Assembly (NCBI RefSeq): GCF_009914755.1 | Contig: NC_060939.1 | Reading direction: 5' to 3' (one strand) | Length of the DNA stretch: 64,000 bases | Source of the DNA: the human T2T-CHM13v2.0 reference genome, Homo sapiens | Shown: positions 62,271 through 64,000 of the stretch, piece by piece | How positions within the stretch are numbered: the stretch's first letter is position 1 | How the letters are laid out: each line of letters starts with the position of its first letter | Program-made: the position numbers and the translations under genes | The notes under the pieces: model-generated | Database searches by the model: none | What the model was told of the DNA's origin: nothing | What the model saw: only the letters and a program-made list of their open reading frames with translations

Positions 62271-63399
62271 ATAGCATCGTTTGCAGTAGCAAAAAAGAAA
62301 AAAAAAGGAAACAACTTAAAAGTCCATCATTAGGGAACTAGTTAAATCAAATAAGGCGTATCCATATTATGCAGTAGTTATTATGTGGCCATCAAAAAGA
62401 GCGAGTGGGATTTATAATGTGATACAAAAATCTCTCCAAGCTGTATTATTAAGTGAAAAAAGCAGGCATGCGTAACACCCCACAGCTTGTGTAAACACAA
62501 GCGGGGAGTGCATACACACGTGCCTGCAGGTGCATAGCCCTGCATACACAAGAGATGGCACCGTGGTGGTTTTCAATGAAGGGGAACAGGGGAGCTCGGG
62601 GAGAAAGACACACATCCTTTTGCAATATTTGAATTCTGTAATTGTATGAATGCATTTTCTAGATTTATCAAATATTAACATTTCGAAGACTAGGGTTGGG
62701 GATGAACTGTGGCTATACATAAAGTCTATATATCATCACCATTTTGGTTCCCCAGCATCAAAAGAGTGACTATGCAGGTGAAGGCAGTAATGATGCAAAT
62801 GGAAATGTGGCTGTGAGCAAGCAGCTGGCTCTACAAAGCACACAGGCCTGGACTCAGCCTGTGAAGCGGCGGGTACTCAGAAAGTGACACTAGTATTTTA
62901 AATAAACACCCAAGAGCTTTTGCATCTGATTGTTCCCTTCAAAGTAGCCTGCTGGGAGCCTAGATCATCAGAGGATGTTCATCAGAGGGGGAACAGATCA
63001 TCCTAGATCACAGAGGAGTTCAGTGCTAAGAATGTGTCAAAACCTTCTGTCTGGACCTTCAGAGTGGTGACAGGAGTTACTCATTCGTGGCAAATATTTA
63101 TCCGCAGAGGCAGAATCTGAATTTTGGAAACGGTCAAATATCTTTTGGCCACAAGTTTGGTTAAAGAGATGAAAAATCAAGTTAGGCAATTACTCTTATA
63201 GTAACAACCAAGCCATAGAATCAGAGCAGGCTGCGGCTCTGGTGTCCCTTAAAAACTGGCTCTGAGAGTGAAGCCCCAAAAGGATGCTAAAAAAAAAATA
63301 AAAATAAAATAAAAATAAAAAGTGCGCCTTGGCAGCATCATCAGGATGAGGCTGAGCTCCCCAGGGGACCACTTTGAAAGTGGCAACGCTCGCCTGGGC

Positions 63400-64000
63400 A
63401 GTGCGGGTTCTGTTTATTTGTTAGAGAAACCCGCCGGCCCGGGGCGCGGCGGCTGGTGCGGCGACTCAGCTCTTCTTGCGCAGCTGGCTGTAATGCGTGC
63501 GGCCCAGGATGGGCTCCATGACGCTGGGCCGGAAGAAGCTGTCGCTGACCCTGCGCTTTGGCTTCTCGCGGGGCACGGCCGGGAAGCCCGGGCGCGGCGC
63601 TGCGGGCGTGGCGACTTCGTCCTCCAGGCCCGGGCCGGGGGGCGCGCCGGGGCTCTGCGCGCTGCGCAGGCTGCGGCGGGGCTGTGCGAGACGCGGGGCG
63701 GGCTCCGGGCCGGCGGACGGCGCCCCAGACGCTCTGCGCTCCGCCTCCCGGCGCTCGACCTCGGCTGGTGGGTTGTCGATGTCCCGGAATTCGCTCTCGG
63801 GCTCCATCAGCGACAGCCTGGGGAGCTGAGGGCCCGGCAGCCGCCTTAGAGTCCTGGCTTGGCCCTGGGCCCTGCGCCTCTGACCCACCGCCCCTTCCCG
63901 GGCCCCTCGATTGTTCCCCCGGGAGCGGCCGTCAGGAGGACACAGGCTGGGGAGCGGTTCAGTAGTTTGGGGGGCACCGGGGAAAGCCCTGAGGTCCTGC
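63400..64000. promoter_or_regulatory. CpG island over the PLIN1 last exon
   Basis: Dense CpG, GC-rich to the window edge. Confidence 0.75.
63466..63825 (-). CDS. PLIN1: Perilipin-1 last coding exon (exon 9)
   Basis: ccctcag|CTC CCC AGG; 360 nt: LPRLSLMEPESEFRDIDNPPAEVERREAERRASG...KPKRRVSDSFFRPSVMEPILGRTHYSQLRKKS*, with PKA-type RRxS/RKKS sites. Confidence 0.96.
   Translation of the reverse strand, partial: LPRLSLMEPESEFRDIDNPPAEVERREAERRASGAPSAGPEPAPRLAQPRRSLRSAQSPGAPPGPGLEDEVATPAAPRPGFPAVPREKPKRRVSDSFFRPSVMEPILGRTHYSQLRKKS

Larger units (their letters stand above)
62080..62680 (+). mobile_element. Old L1M 3'-end remnant overlapping the distal PLIN1 3'UTR
   Basis: atttattatagcatcgtttgcagtagcaaaaa...aaacaacttaaaagtccatcattaggg is typical of L1M 3' regions. 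Confidence 0.55.

Noticed and set aside
63322-63965. + strand ORFs over the PLIN1 exon, and similar antisense ORFs over KIF7 exons
   Set aside because: Shadow ORFs of GC-rich coding sequence with no independent gene signals.

Overview
Human (great-ape-type) genomic DNA, recognisable as the chr15q26.1 TICRR-KIF7-PLIN1 locus. + strand: the last 10 coding exons of TICRR/Treslin (724-25019; the 5' part lies outside the window). - strand: the complete KIF7 gene (non-coding exon 1 at ~53318-53390, 18 coding exons 50866-26352, which I spliced by hand to 4032 nt = 1343 aa + stop) and the last exon plus 3'UTR of PLIN1 (63825 to ~62250). TICRR and KIF7 converge tail-to-tail. Introns are rich in Alus, old L1M/L2/MIR, DNA-transposon and MaLR remnants, and KIF7 intron 11 holds a full-length but coding-dead L1PA2/3. 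There is no prokaryote-type system (no CRISPR, rRNA or tRNA), and most ORF-track entries are repeat or shadow ORFs. The most unusual structures seen: (1) a tandem array of ~15 copies of the KIF7 exon-14 splice-donor junction, including a perfect in-frame CAG|GTAAGT 213 nt downstream; (2) one 9-bp element that is a poly(A) signal on both strands for TICRR and KIF7; (3) a young 186-bp templated duplication pasted into an old Alu via microhomology; (4) an old L1 apparently split into two opposite-orientation pieces around a TICRR exon; (5) an L1 antisense promoter pointing into KIF7 exon 12; (6) a 20-bp VNTR next to a RUNX/GATA/AP-1 motif cluster. Exon numbers, repeat family names and comparisons with reference proteins are from memory, not database searches.
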